A DNA stretch of 64,000 nt from Planktothrix sp. GU0601_MAG3 (lineage in GTDB: Bacteria; Cyanobacteriota; Cyanobacteriia; Cyanobacteriales; Microcoleaceae), in assembly GCA_035193785.1 (NCBI GenBank), contig CP136572.1:3156578-3220577 (forward strand), written 5' to 3'. A program made the position numbers and the translations under genes. Below are positions 12,213 to 21,901 of this stretch, in pieces. The notes beneath the pieces were generated by a model. The model was not told the DNA's origin and did not search any database. It saw only the letters and a list, made by a program, of their open reading frames with translations. Every line of letters begins with the position of its first letter. Position 1 is the stretch's first letter.

Positions 12213-12698
12213 GAAGCCGAAAAGAGCTTCTCTGACAGATCAGCAAACGATGTTCAAACGGTAAGATCTCGATTAAAGGAGGCCCGAAACACGTTTTCTT
12301 GAGCGTCCGAGTTAAGTGAAATTAGGAGGTTAACTAAACTGTTTCATCTAACGTCTGTTATCTTCGGCAGTAACTCTTTCTTTAGTTGCTGATATTTCCT
12401 CTAGTGAACCAAATGGGAGCAATGTAGCTTCGTTGTTAACAAGTATACAACTCCAAACTTACGGATTATAAATGAGGAAGTTCCTCAGTTTGACTAGGAG
12501 GCTGGTTACTCTGTTTAAGATCAATACAATCTGTCTTGTGGAATACGAACAACAGTACCTATCATTATATCCTTACACTTCCCCCAATCATGGTAAAGGG
12601 AGCAATGCAACTAGGCATTCGACCTTAGTAGCAACTCTACATCATTCAACACAGGAGAGGAAATCACTAGGGAAATGAGCTTTGGGTACTGTTGTTTT
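12212..12698 (+). ncRNA. Candidate large structured non-coding RNA with three consecutive domains
   Basis: Nested helices closing each domain (GCCGAA/TTCGGC, AGTAACT/GGTTACT, AACAACAGTACC/GGTACTGTTGTT), repeated GGAG-CAA-TG...CA-A-CTC motif, terminal U-tract. Confidence 0.55.
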
Positions 12699-12746
12699 AG
12701 GTTGAAAAGATTTTGTCGCCACGCTGCAATCAGAATTTGAAATAAA

Positions 12747-12858
12747 TAACCCATAACCCATAACCCATAACCCATATCCCATATCAGTCGTCAGTCATTA
12801 GTTTATTATCCATTCGTAATTCGTAATTCGTAATTCGTAATTCGTAATTCGTAATTAC
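12747..12858 (-). repeat. STRR arrays (TAACCCA)n and (ATTCGTA)n, inverted relative to 11735-11801
   Basis: Tandem 7-mers seen directly. Confidence 0.9.
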
Positions 12859-12909
12859 CCAAACCCACCCTAGGTTAAATCCAGAAGGCTTAACCTGGGG
12901 TGGGTTTGG
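12859..12909. terminator. Long inverted repeat downstream of petG
   Basis: CCAAACCCACCCTAGGTTAA ... TTAACCTGGGGTGGGTTTGG. Confidence 0.65.
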
Positions 12910-12922
12910 CTTGGCTGAATAT

Positions 12923-13041
12923 CTAGTCGATATTCAGTTGGTTTCCCCGACGATATTGTTGGTATACGCCGCAAAAAATAACCCGGATAGGGTAACGACA
13001 ATTAAACCCAGAACAATTCCCGATAATAATGGTTCTACCAC
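12923..13041 (-). CDS. petG: Cytochrome b6f subunit V (2-nt insertion at GTATAC 12962-12967; not in ORF track)
   Basis: Corrected translation MVEPLLSGIVLGLIVVTLSGLFFAAYQQYRRGNQLNID*; divergent from cytM. Confidence 0.92.
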
Positions 13042-13201
13042 TGGATAACTCCTTGATGTTAATTTGAGTAATTAATCTTTAATCATACCCCTAACCGTTA
13101 ACGCTTCACTGTTGAGTGCTCTTGCTCTTAACCAGACAACACTATAAACTAGGTAAAATGTAAAGATTCTTGTAGATCCGTCTCAAATTATTAGAAACAC
13201 C

Positions 13202-13582
13202 TTGGATAACCAGCTTGCGATTACAGAAATTGATGTCCTGATGAAACGAGCCGCCATCACCACCTTGGCATTGATGGTTTTGATTCTGGGTTGGATTTTT
13301 GTCCTTCCTAAGCTACAGGTTTTCGATCCCTATGTGGAGAATGTGCTGTCCCTGAAAGGAGATTTTGCCCGGGGACAGGCAATTTTTTTTTATAACTGTG
13401 CCGGGTGTCACGCTGGGCAGACCGATAGTCAAGTCGGGCCAAGTCTTCAGGGTGTTTCTCAACGGAAATCAGAAGTGGGCATTATTCAGCAAGTCACCGG
13501 TGGGAATACCCCACCCATGCCCAAATTTCAACCCAGTCCCCAGGAAATGGCCGACCTGTTAAATTATTTGGAAACTCTATAA
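13202..13582 (+). CDS. cytM: Cytochrome cM
   Basis: N-terminal TM, DPYV..VLSL.GD, heme motif CAGCH, TPPMPKFQP. Confidence 0.88.
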   Translation: MDNQLAITEIDVLMKRAAITTLALMVLILGWIFVLPKLQVFDPYVENVLSLKGDFARGQAIFFYNCAGCHAGQTDSQVGPSLQGVSQRKSEVGIIQQVTGGNTPPMPKFQPSPQEMADLLNYLETL

Positions 13583-13644
13583 CCTCAAAAAATCTTAAAA
13601 AGTCTTGATCAAAATTAGTAACTTTTGCTATAATCAGAAACGTT

Positions 13645-13716
13645 GCTGGTGTAGCTCAGTGGTAGAGCAGCTGATTTGTAATCAGCCGGTCGCAAGTTCA
13701 AATCTTGTCACCAGCT
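13645..13716 (+). tRNA. tRNA-Thr(TGT)
   Basis: Cloverleaf; anticodon arm GCTGA-TTTGTAA-TCAGC; T-loop TTCAAAT. Confidence 0.95.
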
Positions 13717-13857
13717 TTCGTTATATGCAACTCGATATATATAATAATCTTTGAAATTCCGTTGTACAAAACCTTTGGGTTTTATTCCTGAAAAACTAGG
13801 ATCAACCGAATCACGGCAAAATGCACTCATTCACGATTTTATAAGGGAAACGCTCGA

Positions 13858-14404
13858 ATGTTCAAACGAATTTTAGCAATAGCTTTAGTCTGTTTTAGCC
13901 TTAGCTTAACAGGTTGTATATCCGTTGGCGCGGGATTAAATAGTTTTGTGGATACCGCAGATGGCTATGAATTTATCTATCCTAACGGATGGACACAGGT
14001 GGCTGTCTCCAATGGCCCTGATACGGTACTACACGATATGATTGAACAAAGTGAAAATGTTAGTGTGGTAATCAATCCAGTTTCTAATCCGAATCAAACC
14101 CTCGCAGAAATTGGCACTCCCACGGAGGTAGGATATACATTGAGCAAAAAAGCGATCGCCCCAGAAGGTTCAGGACGTACCGCAGAAACTGATTAGTGCA
14201 GAATCCTTTGAAAAAGGATCGAATCTTTATTATTGGTTAGAATACGCGGTACAACTTCCGAATGAACAAAAACGGCATGATTTTGCTAGTGTTACTATTA
14301 GTCGCGGAAACCTGTTTACATTAAATGTTTCCACTACTGAAAGACGTTGGGAAAAAGCTCGACAACTTCTAACACAAGTGGTGCAATCTTTTAAAGTTTA
14401 TTAA
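13858..14404 (+). CDS. psbP: Photosystem II CyanoP lipoprotein (+1 frameshift at 14185-14189)
   Basis: Lipobox LTGC, DGYEFIYPNGW, ENVSVVI; the continuation gives RHDFASVTISRGNLFTLNVST. Confidence 0.9.
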
Positions 14405-14413
14405 TTGAGTTTC

Positions 14414-15052
14414 ATGAATCAGCCAAGTCGAATCACATTTATTTTAGCTTCTGCTTCCCCAGCGCGTAAACGGTTATTAGAAACTATTGGTATTCAGCCG
14501 ATTATTCTCAAAAGTGATTTTGATGAATCTCAAATCGCAGATTCTAACCCGGTAGAATTAGTCCAAAAACTAGCCCAATGTAAGGCAGAAGTGATCAGCC
14601 AAAGGTTAAGGAATCAACCGAAAAATGAGGGGGAGATTCTATTGGTTTTGGGGTGTGATTCGGTTTTGGCTGTTGAGGGAGAAATTTATGGCAAACCTGC
14701 TAATATAGAGGAAGCGATCGCCCGTTGGCAAACGATGCGGGGTCAAGTCGGGCAACTCCATACTGGTCATGCTTTAATTAATATTTCTACCGATCAAATA
14801 TTAGTTAATTCTCAAACTACTAATGTCTATTTTTCTGATGTTTCCGATAGTGAAATTAAGGCTTATGTTGCCACGGGAGAACCCTTAAACTGTGCTGGAT
14901 GTTTTGCTATTGAAGGGAAGGGGGGTTTATTTATTGAAAAGTTAGAAGGATGTCATACCAATGTGATTGGATTAAGTTTACCTTTATTAAGAAAAATGAT
15001 CCAAGAATTGGGATATAATATTACCAACTTCTGGTATAGCACTACGCATTAA
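14414..15052 (+). CDS. maf: Maf-family nucleoside triphosphate pyrophosphatase
   Basis: [23 protein letters not shown] and NVIGL motifs. Confidence 0.9.
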   Translation: MNQPSRITFILASASPARKRLLETIGIQPIILKSDFDESQIADSNPVELVQKLAQCKAEVISQRLRNQPKNEGEILLVLGCDSVLAVEGEIYGKPANIEEAIARWQTMRGQVGQLHTGHALINISTDQILVNSQTTNVYFSDVSDSEIKAYVATGEPLNCAGCFAIEGKGGLFIEKLEGCHTNVIGLSLPLLRKMIQELGYNITNFWYSTTH

Positions 15053-15221
15053 AGTTAGGACACTTCTAAAGCCAGCAAACTCATTCACTGCTTACTTACT
15101 GTTCTCGTTCGACCGTTCGACCGTTCGACCGTTCGACAGGCTCACGGCTCACGGTTTCACGGCTCACGGTTCACGGCTCACGGCTCACGACGCAGCCTGT
15201 TCCCTAGTGCGTAGCGCTATA
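15035..15221. mobile_element. TA-flanked MITE, copy 1, with a nested heptamer expansion
   Basis: TIRs TATAGCACTACGCA / TGCGTAGCGCTATA; homologous to 23947-24038. Confidence 0.8.
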
Positions 15222-15256
15222 ACTGGTGTGTGCGCGGAGATCTTCGCACCCTACGG

Positions 15257-16237
15257 TTAGGTTAATAAGCAGGAGAGGGGAAAGATTAAATATTCTAGGA
15301 AAAACAGTTTCCAAATAAATTGATAAAATCCGGTAATTGATTGTTTATTGCTTAAGTCAACCGTTTGACTGCGCCACCATAATACTGTTAATAATATTAA
15401 ATGAGTTAATCCTAAGAGTGCGGGATTTAAGGAAGATTGTAATATAAAACTCCCTAGAATCATTCCTAAATAACAAACAGTGAGTACCCATCGAGAGAAA
15501 TTAAATACGGTGAGGGTTCCTAATTTGATGGTTAAGGTGTTAATTTGAAATTGGCGATCGCCTTCTAAATCAGGAATATCTTTGAAAATTGCGATCGCCA
15601 CGGTAAACACTAAAATAAATAAAGTTAACGCCCAAACCGTCGGCGAAATTATCGGAATTGAAGATATGGATTTTGCCGATAAAATCCAACTTAGGTGTAA
15701 ATATAACCCTAAATTAACGATAATTCCCCTAACGGTAAAAATACAAAATGCCGCCCAAAAGGGAAACCGTTTTAACCTTATGGGTGGTAAGGAGTAAGCT
15801 GTCCCCAAGAGGAGACTAATTGTTACCATTCCCAATAAATAATAGCCTTGAAATGCTGCAATAGTTAAAGCTAAAATTCCAGCTATTCCGACAATAGTTT
15901 GAGCTTTAAAGTTAGAATATTCCCCCGATGCTAGGGGTAAATTGGGTTTATTAACCTGATCGATTTCAATATCTTCGAGTTGATTTAATCCGACAATATA
16001 AATATTGCCACAAATACAAGCTAACCAACTCCAAAATAAAGCCAATAAACTGAAATCAAAACCCGGAAATTCCCTCAACTCACTCAGAGCAATTAAATAC
16101 ATCCCCAAGACGCTTAAAGTTGTACCAATAATGGTATGGGGACGGGAAAATTTCCAAAAAGAGTATAACTCAGGAAATTTTTTTTCAATCAAATTAGGGG
16201 AAGAAACTACCACGGACACAGAAGCAGTTTTAGTCAT
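15257..16237 (-). CDS. hpt: Homogentisate phytyltransferase (UbiA family, tocopherol synthesis)
   Basis: FSRPHTIIGT, GLNQLEDIEIDQVNKP, KDIPDLEGD and FYQFIWKLF motifs. Confidence 0.92.
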   Translation of the reverse strand: MTKTASVSVVVSSPNLIEKKFPELYSFWKFSRPHTIIGTTLSVLGMYLIALSELREFPGFDFSLLALFWSWLACICGNIYIVGLNQLEDIEIDQVNKPNLPLASGEYSNFKAQTIVGIAGILALTIAAFQGYYLLGMVTISLLLGTAYSLPPIRLKRFPFWAAFCIFTVRGIIVNLGLYLHLSWILSAKSISSIPIISPTVWALTLFILVFTVAIAIFKDIPDLEGDRQFQINTLTIKLGTLTVFNFSRWVLTVCYLGMILGSFILQSSLNPALLGLTHLILLTVLWWRSQTVDLSNKQSITGFYQFIWKLFFLEYLIFPLSCLLT

Positions 16238-16246
16238 ATTAAAGGA

Positions 16247-16320
16247 GGGAACAGGGAACAGGGAATAGGGAACAGGCTGCGTCGTGAGCCTGTCGAACGA
16301 GAACAGGGAACAGGGAACAC
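16247..16320. repeat. (GGGAACA)n STRR enclosing a ~35-nt insert also found expanded inside the 15035 MITE
   Basis: GGGAACAGGCTGCGTCGTGAGCCTGTCGAACGAGAAC matches, as reverse complement, the two ends of the 15100-15205 block. Confidence 0.8.
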
Positions 16321-16421
16321 CAGAAGAAAAGATTCCACCGTCTAGGTTTTATTCAAAAGTATTAGATATCCTCCATGCTATCCTAATTCTTGGCTAATTT
16401 CTCCCCCTAATTCCATTAATA

Positions 16422-17787
16422 TTATTTGGGTGATTCTAAGCGCCAACCGGGTTTAATTACTTGACGCTCCCGGGCAATTACTAAACTATCATCGGGGACA
16501 TCATCCGTAACAGTAGAACCCGCGGCTACAGTAACATCATTTCCCAGGGTTAGGGGGGCAACTAAAACACTATTTGATCCGGTTTTAGTTCGATCTCCGA
16601 TTGTTGTTCGGTGCTTTTTCACCCCATCATAATTAGCGGTAATAGTTCCCGCCCCAATATTAACCTTATCTCCTAATGTGGCATCTCCTATATAAGATAA
16701 ATGGGCAACATTAGTCAGATTTCCCACTTCAGTATTTTTCAATTCTACAAAGTTGCCAACCCGACATTTTTCACCAACCTTTGCATGACCCCTTAAATGG
16801 GCGTAGGGCCCTATACGGGTTCCATCGGCAACAACACTATCAGAAACTACGGAAAACTGCACCGTGACATTTTTTCCAATCTGACTATTTTCGATTAAAC
16901 TTCCTGGGCCAATCCGACTTCCAGTTTGAATAATCGTGTTTCCCCGTAGGTGAGTTTGGGGTTCAATAATCACATCCGGTTCTAACTTGACTGTATCATC
17001 AATTGTCACACTATCGGGGTCAATAATTGTTACCCCCGCCGCCATGCAATCAGTTTTTACCCAATCCTGTAAAACCCTATAGGAATTAGCTAGATCTTTG
17101 CGACTATTAATCCCTAAAATTTCTCGATAATCTTCAACATCCACCGCCATCACTTTATCTAAATGATGCACCGTATCGGTGAGATAATATTCCTGTTGAT
17201 CATTATCAGCTTTTAGGTTGGGTAAAATTGCTGCTAACTGTGGCCAATTAAAACAATAAACCCCGGCATTAATTCGATGATTTTGCCTTTGAGCATCGGT
17301 ACAATCTCGATCTTCAACAATTTGATTAACTAAATTATGACTATCACAAAATACCCTACCATATCCCTTGGGATTAGGAAAATGGGCTGCTAATAATGTC
17401 GCCCCGTTGCCATTGTCTTGGTGGATTTTAATTAACTGTTCTAAAGTGTCAGGACGTAATAACGGAACATCCCCATTTAAAACCAGCAAATCCCCGGAAA
17501 AGTCTTTTAAATAGGGCAGTAATTGTTGAATTGCATGACCTGTCCCTAATTGCTTGGTTTGTTCAACAAATTCTAAAGTGGGTTGCGTATCCGTTTGTTG
17601 AAGACCGTCACGAACTAAATCGGCGCCATAGCCCACAATCACCAATCTACGGGAAGGTTGCAACTGGGCACAACTTTCTAAAACCCGTTGAACTAAAGTG
17701 CGTCCTCCCAACTGATGCAGAAACCTTGGGAAGATTTGATTTCATGCGAGTTCCGCGTCCCGCCGCTAAAATTGCTACCGCTACCAT
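16422..17787 (-). CDS. glmU: Bifunctional UDP-GlcNAc pyrophosphorylase / GlcN-1-P acetyltransferase (+1 frameshift at 17720-17724)
   Basis: [22 protein letters not shown] start, EYYLTD, hexapeptide repeats, HLSYIGDA. Confidence 0.95.
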
Positions 17788-17847
17788 TTACTGTTTGGGT
17801 GTCAATTGTAAGTTATAGACACGATCATCGCATCCTCAACTATCTTT

Positions 17848-18726
17848 TCACAAGATGGGTTCACTGCGCCATCGTTTCTTCCAATGGGATGTGGGTTCCA
17901 GGGTGCAGGTGTCTTGTTCCGCTTGACGTCGTAGGATAATCCCCTCCGCCGTATCGGATAAACTGGGATCTCGATAGGGGACGGCGGCGCGAGTTTGTAG
18001 GTGTTCTAACTCTTTGGGAGACAGGGGGGGGAAATCCCCGAGGTCAAAACTGGCGATCGTCCCGGGTGTACGTCGCCCCACGGGAGAGGTGGAAGCAATT
18101 TGCAGTCCGGCTTGGATTAAGGCACTTCTGGCCGTCGCGGAACAGGAATAGGTGGCCAAATGTCCCTGGGGTTTGAGACATTTGGCCACTAGGGTTAAAA
18201 ATTCTACTGTCCACAATTGGGGACAGGTGGCGGGAGAAAAGGGGTCAAGAAAAATTGCATCGGCCTTAAACCCAGAATTGTAAACAGTTTGAATTGTATT
18301 TCTAGCATCACCCATCATTAAATTAGCGTTGAATAATTCGGTTTTTAGATAATGATTTTGGGCTAGTTGTTTTAAGATTTCTTGGATATAATCGGGATAG
18401 GCATTAAGTAAATTATATTCTAGGGCTGTTTGGGGAATCCGTTGATCAAATTCCAAGCCAACCCATTCAATCTTACAATTAGGATTAACTTCCCAAATGC
18501 TGGTTAATCCTGCTGCTGTATTATAACCCAAACCGTAACAAATATCAAGTAAAAACAAGGGAGATGTTTCGGCTTTTTTTCTTAACTGTAAAGGTTCTAC
18601 AAACTTACGTTCTGCTTCCTGTTTCGCCCCAAAATGACTATGAAATAATTCTCCAAATTCCGAGGAGAAAAAGGTAAAGGAACCATCGGCGGTTAATTGG
18701 GGGGTTAATTGTTCATTTTCGATCAT
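17848..18726 (-). CDS. MnmC/MnmD-type tRNA U34 SAM-dependent methyltransferase
   Basis: TADGSFT, DICYGLGYN, FLDPFSP...PQLW and ATYS motifs. Confidence 0.85.
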   Translation of the reverse strand: MIENEQLTPQLTADGSFTFFSSEFGELFHSHFGAKQEAERKFVEPLQLRKKAETSPLFLLDICYGLGYNTAAGLTSIWEVNPNCKIEWVGLEFDQRIPQTALEYNLLNAYPDYIQEILKQLAQNHYLKTELFNANLMMGDARNTIQTVYNSGFKADAIFLDPFSPATCPQLWTVEFLTLVAKCLKPQGHLATYSCSATARSALIQAGLQIASTSPVGRRTPGTIASFDLGDFPPLSPKELEHLQTRAAVPYRDPSLSDTAEGIILRRQAEQDTCTLEPTSHWKKRWRSEPIL

Positions 18727-18802
18727 TTTTTTCCTTTGTCGGGTGTGTAAGATCCTCGCACGCACCATCTAACTAATAAAATAAACCGGGTTTGGTGTTC
18801 GA

Positions 18803-19375
18803 TCAAGTTATAAGTTGAAATTCAACATCTTCATAAATATCAGTCATCGAACAACGAAAATCCAGACTTCCCAAATAAATTTCTGGTTCTGATATATAAG
18901 GATATAAAACCCATAATCCCTCGGAATTTTTTCTAAAACATTCTACACTCATCCGATCTTGAGCAATTAGAACATATTCTTCTAAGGTTTCTAACTGTCG
19001 ATAATCTGCAAACTTTTTACCCCGATCAAATCCTTCTGTTCCAGGGGAAATAACCTCAACAATTAATTTAGGATATCGTTTAAAATATTGAAATTCTTTA
19101 TCCCTAGGATCACAGGAGACAATCACATCGGGATAATAATATATATCTAAAACTTCAATATCAGCTTTCATATCCGCCATATAAACCCGATATCCTTTTC
19201 CTCTTAAATGGTTTCTTAAGGTAGATGTAATATTGAGGGAAATGGTAATATGGGAATCACTCGCCCCCGCCATAGCATAAACTTCTCCTTGAATATATTC
19301 ATGCTTGACCAGACTATTTTTTTCACCTTCGAGGTACTGTTCACGGGTAATATAGGTTTGGGGATTAGCAATCAT
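18803..19375 (-). CDS. Uma2 family (DUF820) putative endonuclease
   Basis: HEYIQGEVYAMAG, YYPDV, IVEVISP.T...DRG.K. Confidence 0.9.
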   Translation of the reverse strand: MIANPQTYITREQYLEGEKNSLVKHEYIQGEVYAMAGASDSHITISLNITSTLRNHLRGKGYRVYMADMKADIEVLDIYYYPDVIVSCDPRDKEFQYFKRYPKLIVEVISPGTEGFDRGKKFADYRQLETLEEYVLIAQDRMSVECFRKNSEGLWVLYPYISEPEIYLGSLDFRCSMTDIYEDVEFQLIT

Positions 19376-19527
19376 AACTATTCTCCTAATTTCTGTAAAA
19401 AATCTTAAATTAATTATATTCACGAATCAGATATAATAATTATAAAACAAATTTTAGCTCTTAAGTAGTAAGCCCTCCAGGGCTAACATTTAATTAATTG
19501 TCAATAAACTTAACCGTAAATATTGCC

Positions 19528-20352
19528 ATGATCCAACCTCAACTGATTGTTTCCCCCCCATGGTTAGCAGAACATCTCCAAGATCCTAATATTGTGATTG
19601 TAGACTGTCGGTTTTCCTTAGCTAATCCCCAATTGGGACAACAACAATATCAAGAAAGTCATATTCCCGGAGCTTTTTATTTAGATTTAGACCAAGATTT
19701 ATCAAGTCCGATTCAAAAACATGGGGGACGTCATCCCCTACCAAACCCCGAAAAACTATCAGCAAAATTATCAGAAATTGGCATAACTTCTCAACAAACC
19801 CTAGTTGTCGCTTATGATGATTCTCGGTTAGCCTTTGCCTCTCGTCTATGGTGGCTATTGCGTTATTTTGGACATGAACAAGTTGTTTTATTAGATGGCG
19901 GTTTTAGCCAGTGGAAAAATGCAGAATATCCGATTAATTCTAATATTCCCAGGGCAAAATTAGGACAATTCACACCAGAAATCCAATCAGAAATGCTAGT
20001 TAATATTGAAACAGTAAAAGCCCGAAAAGACCTACCTGGAGTTGTGCTAATAGACTCCCGAGAACCAGAACGCTATTTAGGAAAAACCGAACCCATTGAT
20101 CCCATTGCCGGATGTATTCCGGGGGCGGTAAATTATCCTTGGCAAGAGGTGACAGAAACCACAGGTGTTGTTAAAATAAATGAACAATCCCAACGCTGGC
20201 AGAATATTAAAGACTCAGAAGAAATAATTGTCTATTGTGGTTCAGGAGTCACCGCCTGTGTGAATTTATTTTCCCTAGAATTAGCAGGAATTAATCACGC
20301 CAAACTTTATGGAGGTAGTTGGAGTGATTGGTGTTCCTATTTAATAGAATAA
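19528..20352 (+). CDS. Two-domain rhodanese/3-mercaptopyruvate sulfurtransferase
   Basis: HIPGA, GRHPLP, YCGSGVTA and LYGGSWSDW motifs. Confidence 0.92.
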   Translation: MIQPQLIVSPPWLAEHLQDPNIVIVDCRFSLANPQLGQQQYQESHIPGAFYLDLDQDLSSPIQKHGGRHPLPNPEKLSAKLSEIGITSQQTLVVAYDDSRLAFASRLWWLLRYFGHEQVVLLDGGFSQWKNAEYPINSNIPRAKLGQFTPEIQSEMLVNIETVKARKDLPGVVLIDSREPERYLGKTEPIDPIAGCIPGAVNYPWQEVTETTGVVKINEQSQRWQNIKDSEEIIVYCGSGVTACVNLFSLELAGINHAKLYGGSWSDWCSYLIE

Positions 20353-20364
20353 CAAAAATCATCC

Positions 20365-20580
20365 CACGGATTTAAGATGATTAGGCAGATTAACACAGAT
20401 TAAAATTAGAACACGGATTTAAGCGGATTACGCTGATTAACACAGATTAAAATTAGAACACGGATTTAAGCGGATTACGCTGATTAACACAGATTAAAAT
20501 TAGAACACGGATTTAAGCGGATTACGCTGATTAACACAGATTAAAATCCGTGAAATCCGTGAAATCCCCTTAAATCCGTG
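20365..20580. repeat. Palindromic CACGGATTT...AAATCCGTG element with tandem 47-nt units
   Basis: Units start at 20365, 20412, 20459 and 20506; single inverted copy at about 36767-36842. Confidence 0.9.
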
Positions 20581-20603
20581 ATCCTCATTACCCATTCCCT
20601 ATT

Positions 20604-21432
20604 ATGCAAACCATAGAAAAACCCATTCCATCTTTCCTAGATACTCCCTTAACTATTGCGGGAAAAACCTTTAAATCTCGGTTAATGACCGGGACGGGGA
20701 AATATCGCAACCTCCAAGAAATGCAGGATAGTATTACCGCCAGTGGGTGCGAAATTGTCACCGTCGCCGTTAGACGAGTCCAAACCCAAGCCCCAGGACA
20801 TGAAGGGTTAGCCGAAGCGATTGATTGGAGCAAAATTTGGATGTTACCAAATACCGCCGGATGTCAAACCGCAGAAGAAGCAATTCGGGTGGCTAGACTG
20901 GGACGGGAAATGGCAAAATTATTAGGACAGGAAGACAATAATTTTGTCAAATTGGAAGTAATTCCTGATAGTAAATATTTACTACCTGACCCCATTGGCA
21001 CCTTAGAAGCGGCGGAACAATTAGTTAAAGAAGGCTTTGCCGTATTACCCTATATTAACGCCGATCCCCTGCTGGCGAAACGTTTAGAGGACGTTGGCTG
21101 TGTCACGGTGATGCCCTTGGGTTTCTCCCATCGGTTCAGGACAGGGAATTAGAAACGCCGCCAATATTGCCATCATTATTGATAATGCCACCATTCCCGT
21201 CGTTGTCGATGCGGGCATTGGTGCGCCCAGTGAAGCCGCCTTCGCTATGGAAATGGGGGCGGATGCGTTATTAATTAATTCGGCGATCGCCCTAGCCCAA
21301 AATTCAACCGCCATGGCCAGGGCTATGGGAATGGCTACCGAAGCCGGACGGCTGGCCTATCTCGCTGGACGGATTCCGGTCAAAAGCTACGCCCAAGCAT
21401 CTTCCCCCCTAACTGGGACAATCACCAGTTAA
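20604..21432 (+). CDS. thiG: Thiazole synthase (+1 frameshift at 21121-21125)
   Basis: [33 protein letters not shown] after correction. Confidence 0.95.
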
Positions 21433-21532
21433 ATTGTCAATCCTGGAATTATTAAATTTTTCCAGGGAGTGTAAATTTTTGTTAAATTTTTGTTATTGTT
21501 GATCCCAGATAGTAACCTATGGATTTTTCATC

Positions 21533-21703
21533 ATGCCTTATATCAATGAAGAAGGTGGACGTCTGAATAACTTCGCAGTGGAACCTAAAGTTTATACAGC
21601 CGAACCCCCTACCAATTCACAAAAACGTAATTATCTGATTGGTGGTATTGCCGGGATTGCTTTAATCGGGGGTTTATTATTCCTCGCTTTCACCGTATCC
21701 TAA
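21533..21703 (+). CDS. psb34: PSII assembly protein Psb34 / Ssl1498 family (56 aa; not in ORF track)
   Basis: MPYINEEGGRLNNFAVEPKVYTAEPP...QKRNY followed by a TM helix. Confidence 0.88.
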   Translation: MPYINEEGGRLNNFAVEPKVYTAEPPTNSQKRNYLIGGIAGIALIGGLLFLAFTVS

Positions 21704-21714
21704 TATATCAACAA

Positions 21715-21773
21715 TTTAATCCGGGCGGGTTTTAGTTTTTTTGGCGATCGCTAAAAAGCCCCCCGGATTTAAA
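21715..21773. terminator. Inverted repeat after psb34
   Basis: AATCCGGGCGGGTTTT ... AAAAGCCCCCCGGATT. Confidence 0.55.
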
Positions 21774-21901
21774 GTAAACCACAAAGACACGAAGACACAA
21801 AGAATAGAAATAACCCTGAAAAACTCGTCTGTCTCCTGAACCGGAATTGCTAGATGGAAGAAGATAATTAGATATTCTAGGCGATGGTTTAGGGGTTGAC
21901 A

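Noticed and set aside
12410..12640. Tandem glycine riboswitch (GGAGCAA...ACTC resemblance)
   Set aside because: Lacks the CCGAAG and CTCTCAGG cores and has no same-strand downstream gene.
12472..12678. 68-aa ORF inside the RNA candidate
   Set aside because: No RBS or recognisable motif; the sequence is better explained by base-pairing.
20365..20580. Possible CRISPR array
   Set aside because: Units are contiguous near-identical 47-mers with no unique spacers and no cas genes nearby.
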